Positions 63,203 to 64,000 of a stretch of DNA of 64,000 nt are shown here, in pieces (the first letter of the stretch is position 1; each line of letters begins with the position of its first letter). A model generated the notes under the pieces. It made no database searches. It was given only the letters and a program-made list of their open reading frames with translations, and was not told where the DNA came from. This DNA is from Dicyema japonicum (Eukaryota; Animalia; Dicyemida): positions 71,743 through 135,742 of the forward strand of contig RDEW01000016.1 of the NCBI GenBank assembly GCA_011109175.1, written 5' to 3'. The position numbers and the translations under genes are program-made.

Positions 63203-64000
63203 TTACACATGTCCAGTGAATTTATGAAATTCAACAAAATCACTGTGAATAGCTTTCAAGAGGCACTTGTTAGAATCGTCTTCGACATTCAAAATCATTC
63301 TAAGGTACTTGGGACCACAAAGTTGCATAAGTTGGTATATTACTCTCGTCAAAATATCCTTAATACAAGTAGACAGTTCACTACTCATATACTTTACAAT
63401 GATACTGACGACGTCCAAGGCAATACGGCTTTTAAAGTTATCCAGATGTGATACAACTCTACCATTAGCGACACCTTACCTGGCAAACAACTCCGCTGAA
63501 GTGAGGGGGTCAGAAGATGACTTGGACGAATAAACCATCAAGTATTGGAGTAGTTCAGATATAATCAAAAAAATAGTCGACTTGAATCTATCAAAGTGGG
63601 AATAATGGCGTAGCAATATAACATTTAGGAGACGGCAATAACCGTCGAAAACATCAAAGCCATCTTCGAGTGGAATGGGGGTAAAAAGCTTAAAAACCAA
63701 CTCCATCTGAGAAACGTCAAAAACAGGGACCTGCAGTAAAAAATAATCCTAACGTTCTTTAGCTGCATCATGTAAGCAACCATGTTAAGACAAGATAAAA
63801 ATGGGAGACGATCGGCCTTACTTTTCTGAGTGATCACATTATCCCCCAATTTCTGGATAATCTAAAATTCAAAAAACTAAGAGAACGATAAAGAAGTCCT
63901 CCATTAGAATACGACGCAAGTAGGGAGACAGATCGGTCTCAAATAGTAGCGCTAACACAGAACATGCACCTGAATGTATGTGAGGGTCATTCTAGAATAA
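63203..64000 (-). CDS. URB2: Urb2/Npa2 ribosome biogenesis protein, C-terminal part (5' end outside window)
   Basis: Introns of 25, 23 and 21 nt give an open frame ending IYQLMQLCGPKYLRMI...LLKAIHSDFVEFHKFTGHV*, the characteristic Urb2 C-terminus. Confidence 0.75.

Noticed and set aside
669-63706. Many track ORFs antisense to real genes (e.g. 669-896, 925-1422, 16643-16915, 17032-17334, 30148-30342, 46743-47009, 50718-50912, 63209-63451)
   Set aside because: Shadow frames of NUP98, SCD, cathepsin, CSE1L, MRPL33 and URB2, with no independent homology.

Overview
Eukaryotic, AT-rich draft-assembly window from a compact-genome animal. Nearly all introns are GT-AG and 20-30 nt long, and MRPS12 and SCD are metazoan-type. 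A dicyemid or myxozoan parasite is plausible, but that is inference. Host genes: NUP98 (3' part), a divergent 14-3-3, NRAMP, a delta-9 desaturase, three cathepsin L-like genes, ADAT3 (3' part), CSE1L, MRPS12, MRPL33, ELOF1, URB2 (3' part), plus a truncated GT14 transferase and a few unidentified spliced ORFs. The rest is decayed retroelements (RTE, Ingi/I-like with a 2A motif, RLE-type) and DNA transposons (Buster hAT, Merlin, Tigger, Tc1, possible piggyBac). Main observations: (1) a ~5-kb mosaic unit at 27.3-43.8 kb that repeats a cathepsin gene together with an antisense 18S rRNA fragment and LINE/hAT scraps; (2) DNA transposases carrying host-sized 27-30 nt introns, and a Buster>Merlin>Buster nest in which both Merlin TIRs were hit at the same 8-bp site; (3) a NUP98 whose stop codon sits at the autoproteolytic serine; (4) an MRPS12 with an altered decoding-centre loop. 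Single-N junction duplications and homopolymer frameshifts look like assembly or sequencing artefacts. All identifications were made by eye from remembered family motifs; no database searches were run.
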